Origin: Enterobacter phage vB_EclP_26
Length of the DNA: 40,312 nt
Sequence record: PP869411.1
Reading direction: 5' to 3' (one strand)
Part shown: positions 9,200-19,425 of the stretch, in pieces
How the letters are laid out: every line of letters begins with the position of its first letter
Numbering within the stretch: the stretch's first letter is position 1
The notes under the pieces: model-generated
What the model saw: only the letters and a program-made list of their open reading frames with translations
Databases searched by the model: none
What the model was told of the DNA's origin: nothing
Translations under genes and position numbers: made by a program

Positions 9200-9219
9200 T
9201 TCCTATAGTGATAGTTAAG
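9200..9219 (-). promoter_or_regulatory. phage-RNAP promoter (phi9 equivalent), slightly variant
   Basis: CTTAACTATCACTATAGGAA; overlaps the 3' end of the portal gene. Confidence 0.7.
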
Positions 9220-10783
9220 CCTGAGCCATGTCCTCACCAGCCCCCTGACCCACCGCAGCACCCATATTAGCACCCGCAGCACCAGCGCCTTGAACTACAG
9301 CGTTCTGAGAGGACTGCTCAGCCATGCGTTGCAGCTTCTCGTCCTGCGTGAGGAGGAGACCAGCGGTGTCGATACCTAGTGCGTTCAGCAGTCGGAGCTT
9401 AAGGGTCGGCAAGTTGATGTCCGGGTCCTGCGCCAGAGGCTGAAGTCCTGTCATCATGTTCACTGCCTGCGTCAGCTTCTCCAAGTCCTGACCGCGACCC
9501 AGAGCTTCCAGACCAGTGGAGACCGTAGGCTCTACCGCTTCTTTCGGAAGTTCAGGAATCATGCCAGCAGACTGAAGTTGGTTCATCAGTACACGGACCA
9601 AAGGCAGCTGCATCTCCTGCGATTGCACAGAGTACACGCCACCTAAGGTCGCCTCCAGCTCACCAGCCACATAACGAATCTCTTCAGCAGTCACTCGCTC
9701 AGCATTACGCTGAACAGCACTATTAAGAAGGAAGGCCCAGCCTAAACGTTGCTCGATAGCGTCAGCCACCGACTTGGCAATCGTAAAGTCCTGACCTTTC
9801 GTCAGTTGCAGGAAGTTGATGTCCTCTACGCGCCCAGCCACGAACTCACCTGTCGCCGCCTTGTTCAGACGTCGAGGCTGCGTGATACCGTTCGGGTTAA
9901 CGAGGCCCACCACCTTGGAGGCTACCTTAGCCATTTTGGTGATAGCTTCTGTAATCGTCTCCAGAGAGTTAAGGTCACCCAGATACTCTTCACAGTAAGA
10001 ACGACCATAGTCTTCACCATCCAGTCGAACCATTCGCACCGGGATGTATGGACAGGCAGTCAGTGGGTAGGAACCCTCGGTCCCAGTCACTTCGATACCC
10101 TCCACCTCCTCATAGCGCAGGTACTCATCGTCCTGACGGTAGATGTGCGTGTACACTTCCACCTCAGTGTCAGGCTCATAGTCATCAGCGCTGAGCTGGG
10201 ACTTGACGTCCTCAGGAAGCGCACTAAACGCCACCTTGTCTAGAGTGACAATCTGCAATACGTTGCCGAAAGCATCTCGCTGGACCACATAGGAGACCAG
10301 ACGATACATGCGCATAGGACTGTAGGTCCCTTGCTCCGGCTCAGGAATGTACAGCAGACAGTTTCCCGACACGATTAGCTGCTTCAGGGCTTCAAACAGT
10401 GGAACACGGAAACTGTTGGTCTCCATGTAGGCCATTAAAACTCGCTCGACCATAGCCAGCCCCTCGTCAACACGGGCCGCAGCCTCAGAATCTTGACTCA
10501 AGGTCTTGGCCTCATACTCAGAGACGGTAAGTCTCATCCACGGGGCCTGCGGGAATAGAGCCAGCATCAGCTTAGCCGCGAGGTTGTTCAGACAGCGTGC
10601 TCCAACGGCCTGCCACGGGGTCGTGTACTCGGTAGACGAGTTATCGGACTCCTTCGGGAACAGGGACGGGATGGTCACAGCCGCACAGTTCTGAGCTCGG
10701 GTCTCATAAGGTTGGCGACCGTTCTTTAAGCGGTCATATACCGCCTTGGCTCCTTCGGCTGCAAAGCCTTCACGTTCAGCCAT
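9215..10783 (-). CDS. portal (head-tail connector) protein, T7 gp8 homolog
   Basis: 522 aa with near-identity blocks to T7 gp8 (PYETRAQNCA, IPSLFPK, TPWQAVGAR, KLMLALFP, YRLVSYVVQRDAFGNVLQ, RVTAEEIRYVA). Confidence 0.97.
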   Translation of the reverse strand: MAEREGFAAEGAKAVYDRLKNGRQPYETRAQNCAAVTIPSLFPKESDNSSTEYTTPWQAVGARCLNNLAAKLMLALFPQAPWMRLTVSEYEAKTLSQDSEAAARVDEGLAMVERVLMAYMETNSFRVPLFEALKQLIVSGNCLLYIPEPEQGTYSPMRMYRLVSYVVQRDAFGNVLQIVTLDKVAFSALPEDVKSQLSADDYEPDTEVEVYTHIYRQDDEYLRYEEVEGIEVTGTEGSYPLTACPYIPVRMVRLDGEDYGRSYCEEYLGDLNSLETITEAITKMAKVASKVVGLVNPNGITQPRRLNKAATGEFVAGRVEDINFLQLTKGQDFTIAKSVADAIEQRLGWAFLLNSAVQRNAERVTAEEIRYVAGELEATLGGVYSVQSQEMQLPLVRVLMNQLQSAGMIPELPKEAVEPTVSTGLEALGRGQDLEKLTQAVNMMTGLQPLAQDPDINLPTLKLRLLNALGIDTAGLLLTQDEKLQRMAEQSSQNAVVQGAGAAGANMGAAVGQGAGEDMAQA

Positions 10784-10794
10784 TTATCACCTCC

Positions 10795-11043
10795 TTAAAG
10801 CGAGATACCGCCACCAGATGTCCGAGAGACCTGAAGTGCACGCTTACCGACTTTCTGGGGCTTCTTAGCCGCAGTGTCTTCGACTTGGGTCTCAACGTCT
10901 TCTACTGCTGCGTCTGGTACTGCTGCGTCTGGTGCAGGAATCGGAGCTGCGTCAGCTTGAGCTGGTGCGTCCGCTCCAAGGCCTACAGTGTTCAGAGCGC
11001 CACCGACCACCTTCTTAAAGGCTTTACTAATGGATTTACCCAC
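10795..11043 (-). CDS. gp7.3-like tail/injection protein
   Basis: 82 aa starting MGKSISKAFKK and ending SGGGISL, compared with T7 gp7.3 (MGKKVKKAVKK...SSGGGINI). Confidence 0.7.
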   Translation of the reverse strand: MGKSISKAFKKVVGGALNTVGLGADAPAQADAAPIPAPDAAVPDAAVEDVETQVEDTAAKKPQKVGKRALQVSRTSGGGISL

Positions 11044-11440
11044 GGTTAATCTCCTTGGTTGTAACGATGTCTACCGACCCAGAAACATGCTTGACACGGG
11101 AATACCAGACCAGACCCCAGCGTCGACACTCTTCGTTTATGATGTGACTGACAGTCTCAAGAACCTTGCGGGAGGACTGCGAGTCACGGCGAATAGCGAC
11201 GATTGATAGGTCCAGACCGGGAGTCGGTCGGTGCCAAGATGCGGTAGCCAGCATGTACAAGTACGCTACTGGTGAACCTGAGACATCGTAGATTGTGTAT
11301 TCTTCACCGTCGAACTCATCAGCCATACGGTAGGTATGAGCCTTAAAGTCCTCGAATGAGCTGAAGTTAGACTGCCCGTCTTCCCAGAGGCGGCAGGCGC
11401 ACATGTGGCGACCCTCGCGTGAGTTGAGGTATGGAAGCAT
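11036..11440 (-). CDS. gp7-position hypothetical virion/host-range protein
   Basis: 134-aa ORF between gp6.7 and gp7.3; the call is positional only and the start codon is uncertain. Confidence 0.5.
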   Translation of the reverse strand: MLPYLNSREGRHMCACRLWEDGQSNFSSFEDFKAHTYRMADEFDGEEYTIYDVSGSPVAYLYMLATASWHRPTPGLDLSIVAIRRDSQSSRKVLETVSHIINEECRRWGLVWYSRVKHVSGSVDIVTTKEINRG

Positions 11441-11444
11441 GGTC

Positions 11445-11672
11445 TTACCCCATGTTGACGCCAGAGTTACGCATAGCGCGACTCACGGCTGATTTGTCTT
11501 TTGGTGCTGCCGACTCCTTCTTGACCTTCAGGTCTGAAATACCTTTGGTCTCCTTCTCAGCAGCACCACCCTCAGACCCAATGTCAACGCTAGCTACTTC
11601 CTCACTCAGAGGCGCAGGCTCAGGGGCTTGGACTGAAGGTTTCGGGGTGCTAATTTTAGGACTGAAACACAT
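11445..11672 (-). CDS. gp6.7 homolog (small virion protein)
   Basis: MCFSPKISTPK...PEPAPLSEEV matches T7 gp6.7 MCFSPKIKTPK...VEPAPLTQEV. Confidence 0.85.
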   Translation of the reverse strand: MCFSPKISTPKPSVQAPEPAPLSEEVASVDIGSEGGAAEKETKGISDLKVKKESAAPKDKSAVSRAMRNSGVNMG

Positions 11673-11683
11673 GGTCCCTCCTG

Positions 11684-11956
11684 TTAATCGAACTGAATGT
11701 TGTCCTTCAGGTTCTGACGTTTAGCGATCGCTGAGTCCACAGACTCGGAGGCGTAGCCCAGACCAGCAATGAAGCCAGCGATATAGGCGTCACTGTAGCC
11801 AGCAGCCTTCAGGTCACGGATGGTCCCACAGCGTGAGACATAGCGCTCATTGAACAGAACGTGCAGGAATTGGATTGCAGACTCTGAGAACGCAGGGACT
11901 TTAAGTCTCTCGTCGAGCTGCTGATTAACAATATCATCAATGGCCTTAATGCCCAT
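11684..11956 (-). CDS. gp6.5 homolog
   Basis: 90 aa; the C-terminal half AYIAGFIAGLGYASESVDSAI resembles T7 gp6.5 as recalled. Confidence 0.6.
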   Translation of the reverse strand: MGIKAIDDIVNQQLDERLKVPAFSESAIQFLHVLFNERYVSRCGTIRDLKAAGYSDAYIAGFIAGLGYASESVDSAIAKRQNLKDNIQFD

Positions 11957-12020
11957 CTTAAAGTCTCCTCTTAAAGTTTTAACTTAAGTCTATCTTATAG
12001 TCATAACTTAGGTCCTAAAG

Positions 12021-12040
12021 TCCCTATAGTGATAGTTTAG
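12021..12040 (-). promoter_or_regulatory. phage-RNAP promoter (phi6.5 equivalent)
   Basis: CTAAACTATCACTATAGGGA. Confidence 0.8.
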
Positions 12041-12161
12041 TGTTTCACCTATGGGTAGCTGTTAGAACGATAGGTTATGACTATCGGTTAGACTCAGTGC
12101 TTCGGACGATTACCGAAGTAGTGATACGCGGCGTAAAGGGCCAGAAGTCCGGCCCAATAGA

Positions 12162-13028
12162 TTACATGTAAGGGGTCCACAGGATGACCTCCTTGGACTT
12201 AGGGTCGTAGTCAGACGCACGACAGATTCTCGCTACCTGAGCTTGTACCAGCAGTTCCTGTTCTGTCATCCCGGCCTTAGCAGCCAGAGTCACCATGCAG
12301 TCCCACAGCGTTTGGTCTTCACGCTTCGGATACTTCTTCCATTCGACCTTGAGCTGACCTTTGTTCTTACCAGTCTTCAGCTCTCGGGTCTCCTGCACGA
12401 AGTAATACGGTTCGTCAAGGAACGCTCGGGTCGTGTCCTCACCCATGCCCGGTATACCACCGTATCCATCAGTAGTGTCACCCTTGATGGTTTGCTCCAT
12501 GTGCCAGTAGTCTGCCTCAGCAGTCGTGTGGCTCAGGATTTCACCAGTGGTTAACCAGAAGAACTCACAGTTCGGGATGGTCTTGAAGTCCTTATCGCAG
12601 GAAACCAGCACCGCGTGGTCACAGCCGACAATCTGAGGTCGGGTCCCGATGATACCCATACAGTCATCACCCTCAAGCGTAGGACGCAGGAAGCTGTTGA
12701 ACCGTGGGTCAGCCATCACCTCAGCCACGAACTTCTTGTAGCCCACAGGTTTACGAGACCCTTTGCGGTTCGCTTTGTAGGACTCAAGGACTGACTTACG
12801 CCAGTTCTCATCGTCTGTGAAGCACATAACAATCTTAGCGTCTTTCCACGCCTTGCGCTTCTTAACGATTTCCGCGATGGTATTCTCAAGTATACGCTTG
12901 GCTTTCGCGTGGTCGCAGATGAGTGTCCAGATGTCGTCTCCCCAGTCAGTCTCGTCCTCGGCAGCAGCCATAGAAGAGAAGACCAGATAGTCACCATCCA
13001 GAACCAGAGCAATCTTCTTGTCACTCAT
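12162..13028 (-). CDS. 5'-3' exonuclease, T7 gp6 homolog
   Basis: 288 aa; LDGDYLVF, CDHAKA, FTD..NWRK, YKANRK, KPVGY, SCDKDFKTIPNC, TIKGD.TDGY and KAGMTE match T7 gp6. Confidence 0.95.
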   Translation of the reverse strand: MSDKKIALVLDGDYLVFSSMAAAEDETDWGDDIWTLICDHAKAKRILENTIAEIVKKRKAWKDAKIVMCFTDDENWRKSVLESYKANRKGSRKPVGYKKFVAEVMADPRFNSFLRPTLEGDDCMGIIGTRPQIVGCDHAVLVSCDKDFKTIPNCEFFWLTTGEILSHTTAEADYWHMEQTIKGDTTDGYGGIPGMGEDTTRAFLDEPYYFVQETRELKTGKNKGQLKVEWKKYPKREDQTLWDCMVTLAAKAGMTEQELLVQAQVARICRASDYDPKSKEVILWTPYM

Positions 13029-13356
13029 CGCTCACCGCCTTGGCTTTGCTCATTGCTGGGACTGTTGCAGCCAGCAGTTTAACAGGACGATACAGGACCA
13101 CAACTGCCTCATATGGCTCTACCTCTACAGCGCCGGAGAACTCAGTCTCGTAGCCCTGCCAGTAGTCACCAGTTCGATAGAAGCTTGCCTCAAAGAATCG
13201 ACCAGTAGGCAGATGCTTAATGATGTCTTCCTTAGACTCCGCCTTGTGGCAGTCTGTCCAATCACCTGACTCAATGACCTCCCATTCGTCCGGCAGCTCG
13301 TCAGACCAAGGGTCTTCAATCAGGAACGACTTCAGGTCCTCTAAAGGGTTGTTCAT
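13021..13356 (-). CDS. acidic hypothetical protein at the gene 5.9 position
   Basis: 111 aa with a D/E-rich N-terminus, between gp5.7 and gp6; 4-nt and 8-nt overlaps suggest translational coupling. Confidence 0.5.
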   Translation of the reverse strand: MNNPLEDLKSFLIEDPWSDELPDEWEVIESGDWTDCHKAESKEDIIKHLPTGRFFEASFYRTGDYWQGYETEFSGAVEVEPYEAVVVLYRPVKLLAATVPAMSKAKAVSDE

Positions 13357-13562
13357 AGACAGCCTCCATGTTGATTCAGGAACTTAACGCCAGAAGCGGT
13401 AATCTCCCATGCGCCGTTATTACGCCCGTCCATAGACAGGCAGCTCAGATGTCCACGACTCGCAGCCTCAGCCACCAGTGCCGCATTGTTGCGGACGTAG
13501 TTGGACTGGAAGGTCTTCGGGCAGGACTTAAGGGCCGCTAGGACCCGTAAGTATTCGCTCAT
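13353..13562 (-). CDS. gp5.7 homolog
   Basis: 69 aa, about 80% identical to T7 gp5.7 (LKSCPKTFQSNYVRNNA.LVAEAASRGH.SCL, GAWEITASG). Confidence 0.92.
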   Translation of the reverse strand: MSEYLRVLAALKSCPKTFQSNYVRNNAALVAEAASRGHLSCLSMDGRNNGAWEITASGVKFLNQHGGCL

Positions 13563-13843
13563 CGTTTGAACCTCGTGCTAATGTTGGAGATGGTCGCACC
13601 GTCTTCCGGTAGCTCGTCTTTAAGTTTTGAAGCCAGAACAGACTTCAGGTGCAGCTCAATGGCTGCTTCGACCCCATGCTCTACAGCCGTCTCTACCAGC
13701 TTACGGGTCAGGCCGTCCTGCTTCTCACCAGAAACATAACCCTTGGTCATCGACACCAGCTCACGAGAGTAGGACTCTACATCTTCTGCCGTATAGACAA
13801 TCTTCAGGTCGAACTTGCAGGTCAGGCGTTTAGTAATAGCCAT
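13559..13843 (-). CDS. gp5.5 homolog (H-NS-binding protein family)
   Basis: MAITKRL.. matches the T7 gp5.5 start MAMTKRF. The ATG overlaps the DNAP stop (TAATG). The track ORF starts 6 codons earlier. Confidence 0.75.
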   Translation of the reverse strand: MAITKRLTCKFDLKIVYTAEDVESYSRELVSMTKGYVSGEKQDGLTRKLVETAVEHGVEAAIELHLKSVLASKLKDELPEDGATISNISTRFKR

Positions 13844-16014
13844 TAGTGACACTCCTTCCACGTTGGTCCTATCTTACCTTCGGTATCAAGGACGCATTTA
13901 AAGTTATAGAACTCACCCACCTTACGCATAGCAAGCTGAGCAATATTGACGACTTCTTCGGCAATCTCCTGAGTACGACACGCTATCTGTAGCTCATCAT
14001 GTACCCAAGCCATGTACGCGAAGTCTCCATCCCAGCCGTGGACATACCCGGCTTCTTCCAGCATACGCTCGGTCTCGACAATCCAGTGCTTACAGACGAC
14101 CGCACCGTCACCTTGAAGTAATGCGTTCAGTGCTGAGTGTGGCGACCGGATGTGAATGCGGCGACCGTCCAGACCTTTGAGCCAGCGACGTTTCCACTTC
14201 ACAATGTTCTCACCGTCGACCCACTTTGAGTCTGAGATGAGAGTATTCTGGACGGCTTCTCTCAGGTCCTTGATGGCTGGGGTACCCTCAATGAATTTCT
14301 TCATCAGGGCTGAACCTTCTTTCTTACCACCACCAACTATCAGTCCAATCTTCGCGGCCCCTGCACCATACAGGAACGCATAGATGAACGTCTTGGCGTT
14401 ATTACGGAAGGCATCATGGTCGTGGCTAGACTTGTCGCGTGGGACGTTAGGTGCTAACCCGGCGTTGACCGCATTGGCCCAATGGATGTCACCTTCGACC
14501 ACGGTCTTCGCATATTCACCACCATCAAACGGAGATGCACGGTTCCCCAGACAGCGGAGTTCAAGACCTGAGGCGTCGACCCCCACTTGAATCCATGGGT
14601 CTGGCTTGCCATTGTTCTTGTTCCACTGAGCACCAAAAGCACTTCGGCAGATTTCACCCCAAGGAGCACCGTTAGCCGGGACCTGAGCCATGTTCGGTGA
14701 ACTATGGGTCGCACGTCCGGTTACAGCACCACAAGGGTTAATCGACCCGTGCATCCTACCGTCAGGACCAACAAGCTTCAACCATGCGTTCTTACCTTCA
14801 GCCGCCTGACCGATACGCTTCTGGACCACCAGATACTCACGTACCAGCTCTACGCAAGCTTGGGCCTCAGGGTCATCCAGCTTAACGTCTTCCAGCGTCT
14901 CGTCGTCACACTTCGGCTTCCCGGTGTCGGTGAACTCTGTAGGCTCCCACCCACGGTCCATCAGAACCTTAGCCAAGTGGTCCCCGCTTCCGGGGTTGAA
15001 CTCGACGTAGGTTATAGGTGTGAACGGTGCGCCCACCATCGTATCACGGGAGTCTATCTCACAAGGCTCAAGACCTAAGCGCTGAGCTTTGTTCTTCGGC
15101 TTCTTGAAGATGGACCCGACCTTCGGATAAACGACTCGTGGGTACTTCGGCAGGTCCACACCAGTGCGTGGGTGCTTGAAGAACTCCTTGCCGCCTTTAG
15201 GCTGGTACCAGCTACCGAAGGTTGACCGGAGTTTATCTAGCAGCTCTGCACGCTTGATTGACAGCTCTCGATATAAGCCTTCGACAATCTCCGAGTTCAT
15301 CGGATAGCCGTTACGCTCCATCTTCGCACAGGTCCACGCTGCGTCATGTTCCAGACGCAATGCGTACACTGCTTCAAGTCCTGCTTCAGGTGACCCGAAG
15401 TAGAAACTGTCGGTGAGGAACTTCTTGAACAGGGCCAGAGTAACCACAACGTCTTGGACGTTATAGTCCAGCATGTCCTGACTCGGGTGTAACCACTCAT
15501 CGCCAGCCACATACGGGATACCTTCAGCCTTGCATCTGGCAATATAATCGGTCTTGTACTCACCCTTCATCTCACCGAGTCGATAACCCCAAGCCTCAAG
15601 AGACTGTCGGCCCATCATCTTCGGTGGCAGACGACCAGCTTTAACGGCCCCAATGTCCGAGAACTTAATGTTCGGGTACATCAGTCGGCCCATTACCAGC
15701 GTGTCTATCATCTTATGTTTCGGGAAGTTGAAACGCTTACCAAAATACTTCCGCTTAAGAATGTCGATTGCCGGGACGTCATAGTTAATCCCGTTGTGGA
15801 AGACCAGAAGTCCATGCGGCGTGGCCGCAATCTCTTCGACCTTCGCTACATACTCCTTGAAGCCACCGACAATACCAACCATCGGCGCTACCCCGTACTT
15901 CAGGGTCTCATTCGACTCGGCGTTAATCAGGACCCCACAGTGGAACTGAGAGACGGTATCCAAGAGACCATCAGTCTCAATATCACTCCCCCAGATATTC
16001 TGTAAGTCAATCAT
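13843..16014 (-). CDS. DNA polymerase, T7 gp5 homolog
   Basis: 723 aa. Exonuclease and polymerase motifs are conserved with T7 DNAP (FHCGV, VFHNG..YDVPA, LEAWGYRLGEMKGEYK, DYNVQDVVVT, NPCGAVTGRATH, AKTFIYAFLYGAG, DGDFAYMAWVHDE). Confidence 0.98.
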   Translation of the reverse strand: MIDLQNIWGSDIETDGLLDTVSQFHCGVLINAESNETLKYGVAPMVGIVGGFKEYVAKVEEIAATPHGLLVFHNGINYDVPAIDILKRKYFGKRFNFPKHKMIDTLVMGRLMYPNIKFSDIGAVKAGRLPPKMMGRQSLEAWGYRLGEMKGEYKTDYIARCKAEGIPYVAGDEWLHPSQDMLDYNVQDVVVTLALFKKFLTDSFYFGSPEAGLEAVYALRLEHDAAWTCAKMERNGYPMNSEIVEGLYRELSIKRAELLDKLRSTFGSWYQPKGGKEFFKHPRTGVDLPKYPRVVYPKVGSIFKKPKNKAQRLGLEPCEIDSRDTMVGAPFTPITYVEFNPGSGDHLAKVLMDRGWEPTEFTDTGKPKCDDETLEDVKLDDPEAQACVELVREYLVVQKRIGQAAEGKNAWLKLVGPDGRMHGSINPCGAVTGRATHSSPNMAQVPANGAPWGEICRSAFGAQWNKNNGKPDPWIQVGVDASGLELRCLGNRASPFDGGEYAKTVVEGDIHWANAVNAGLAPNVPRDKSSHDHDAFRNNAKTFIYAFLYGAGAAKIGLIVGGGKKEGSALMKKFIEGTPAIKDLREAVQNTLISDSKWVDGENIVKWKRRWLKGLDGRRIHIRSPHSALNALLQGDGAVVCKHWIVETERMLEEAGYVHGWDGDFAYMAWVHDELQIACRTQEIAEEVVNIAQLAMRKVGEFYNFKCVLDTEGKIGPTWKECH

Positions 16015-16030
16015 AATGTCTCCTATAGTC

Positions 16031-16072
16031 TAATCATAAAGGCCGCTACAGCATGTAACGACCTTGAGTCTA
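16031..16072 (-). ncRNA. conserved structured RNA element, class I copy B (RNase III-site-like / 5' transcript hairpin)
   Basis: Minus-strand UAGACUCAAGGUCGUUAC-AUGCU-GUAGCGGCCUUUAUGAUUA has an 11-bp stem. The paralogs at 23373..23414 and 33533..33574 preserve the stem through compensatory changes. Confidence 0.6.
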
Positions 16073-16091
16073 TCCTACAGTGATAGCTTAG
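16071..16091 (-). promoter_or_regulatory. phage-RNAP promoter (variant) upstream of DNAP
   Basis: CTAAGCTATCACTGTAGGATA. Confidence 0.65.
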
Positions 16092-16252
16092 TAGTCGGTA
16101 CGCAGGAAGTGATACATGAACTTTCGGTTCGCTCGCTTCCAAGCTACTGACTCGAAGCGCTGCTCGCCCAAGATGCGGGACAGGCAGTCTGCCTCTTCGC
16201 TCCACCACTTGAACATGAATCTGTGGTAGCGAGCCTTAAGTTTCTTAAACAT
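16088..16252 (-). CDS. small basic hypothetical protein (gene 4.x region)
   Basis: 54 aa starting MFKKLKARYHRF, with RBS GAGGAGA; the track ORF extends 15 codons upstream without an RBS. Confidence 0.5.
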   Translation of the reverse strand: MFKKLKARYHRFMFKWWSEEADCLSRILGEQRFESVAWKRANRKFMYHFLRTDY

Positions 16253-16300
16253 TATTTCTCCTCTTCGTGATAACACCAGCACCAAGGGTCGCCACACTTC

Positions 16301-18007
<1,707 letters not shown>

Positions 18008-18055
18008 TCACTCCTTAATCAATAGTGCGAACAAAGGGACAAGACTCGTGGTCTC

Positions 18056-18075
18056 ATCCCTAAGGTGATAGTTTA
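18056..18075 (-). promoter_or_regulatory. degenerate phage-promoter-like sequence upstream of primase
   Basis: CTAAACTATCACCTTAGGGA: TATA at -4..-1 is replaced by CTTA, so function is doubtful. Confidence 0.35.
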
Positions 18076-18285
18076 GCTGAAGAAGCCTTTCAGTTGCTCG
18101 GCCTTGGCCTCCAGACGTTTAGCTTCCCAGCTTGCGTCCTGAGATGCCAGTTGCGCAGCCTGCGACTTCGACGCCAGTTCCTCAGCAAGTTTCGCCTCCA
18201 CGCTGGCGACCTTTCGTTCCAGACGCGCAGCACGAGTATAGCCACGCACGACCAGACGACCCAGAAATTCAATAAACTTAATCAT
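18073..18285 (-). CDS. hypothetical coiled-coil protein
   Basis: 70-aa ORF between amidase and primase; Ala/Lys/Glu-rich heptads. Confidence 0.4.
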   Translation of the reverse strand: MIKFIEFLGRLVVRGYTRAARLERKVASVEAKLAEELASKSQAAQLASQDASWEAKRLEAKAEQLKGFFS

Positions 18286-18298
18286 GTTGTTCTCCTTA

Positions 18299-18757
18299 TT
18301 AGCCTCGGTCGGAAGTGACCAGTTCGTTAGTGTTCAGCCAGCGCTGCAAGTCGAAACTTGGACAGGCTTTAGGGGCCACATCGTGATGGGCCTTGATGTC
18401 TGCCTGTGGGTACAGGGACTTCAGGTCAGCCAGCTTGGTACGCAGGGAGTGCATCTGGGCAGGAGTGAAGTTAGCTTCAAACTTACCCTTGGCGTCGATT
18501 CCACCTACAAGGCAGACGCCTACGGACTTGGAGTTCCAGTCCTTAACGTGAGACCCTACGACATCCACCGGGCGACCTTCTTCAATAGTGCCATCTCGCT
18601 TGATGACGAAGTGGTAACCAACGTCAAGCCAGCCCTGCTGCTTATGCCACATGCGGATAGTGTCTACCCCGATGTCCTGAGATGGTCGGGTCGCTGAGCA
18701 GTGGACGAAGATGGCATCAGTCCGGCTACGTGGTTGGAACTGCACCTTACTTCCCAT
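18299..18757 (-). CDS. N-acetylmuramoyl-L-alanine amidase / T7 lysozyme, gp3.5 homolog
   Basis: 152 aa; AIFVHCSAT.PSQ, GWLDVGYHF.IKRDGT, GVCLVGGID.KGKF.ANFTPAQM, AHH.VAPKACPSFDL and NELVTSDRG are near-identical to T7 gp3.5. Confidence 0.97.
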   Translation of the reverse strand: MGSKVQFQPRSRTDAIFVHCSATRPSQDIGVDTIRMWHKQQGWLDVGYHFVIKRDGTIEEGRPVDVVGSHVKDWNSKSVGVCLVGGIDAKGKFEANFTPAQMHSLRTKLADLKSLYPQADIKAHHDVAPKACPSFDLQRWLNTNELVTSDRG

Positions 18758-18974
18758 TGTACACCACCAGCTCTACGATGACTAGGTTCAGGTGAGACTT
18801 GAAGCGCTCACTCACAGTCGTGTGCATCTGTAGGCGCTTATGGTTGAAGACGTGAGAGTTGCTGATCTTCACGTACACTTCGTCCGGGCGACCATGCACG
18901 ATGAACGCATAGCCCACCGGGATTTTATCAATAGTCAGGCGCTCACGTACTACCTGCACTTCTTTAGAGGTCAT
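18747..18974 (-). CDS. hypothetical small protein between gp3 and gp3.5
   Basis: 75-aa ORF that overlaps both neighbours by a few nt. Confidence 0.4.
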   Translation of the reverse strand: MTSKEVQVVRERLTIDKIPVGYAFIVHGRPDEVYVKISNSHVFNHKRLQMHTTVSERFKSHLNLVIVELVVYNGK

Positions 18975-19423
18975 TTCTTAGCTCCTTTCTTTGGGATGAG
19001 GATGCCAGAAGGCAGACGTACAGTCGCCTCCCGTAGCCACTCAACCGGGATAAATTTGTCGGCATACTTATAGCCGTTCTTTTCGCACCATGCGCCATAC
19101 GTGGTCGGAGACCCTTTGTATAGCTTGGAGCGGGACGAGCTGAACACGAACCGGATGTCTAACTCCGGGTGTTGCTCACGCACCAGCAGATGCTTCTTGC
19201 GGTCTTCGCTGTCGAAGATACCTTTGGTCTCGACAATGATACCGTTAGGCAGGATGAAATCTGGTGTGTACTTGTGGTCGGAAGCCGGAATCACATAGTT
19301 GATATAATGGCTTTCGTACTCTGCCTTGACGCCATTCTGCTCCAGCCACTGCTGGTTCTTAGCCTCAAGTCCTGAGCGGTAGGCACCCACAGAGTGCCCC
19401 CGTTTTGGTGTCCATGCAGCCAC
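18971..19423 (-). CDS. endonuclease I (Holliday-junction resolvase), T7 gp3 homolog
   Basis: 150 aa; YVIPAS.H.YTPDF.LPNGI.VETKG, DRKKHLL.REQHPELDIR.VFSSSR.KLYKGSPT.YG. Confidence 0.96.
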   Translation of the reverse strand: MAAWTPKRGHSVGAYRSGLEAKNQQWLEQNGVKAEYESHYINYVIPASDHKYTPDFILPNGIIVETKGIFDSEDRKKHLLVREQHPELDIRFVFSSSRSKLYKGSPTTYGAWCEKNGYKYADKFIPVEWLREATVRLPSGILIPKKGAKK

Positions 19424-19425
19424 GA

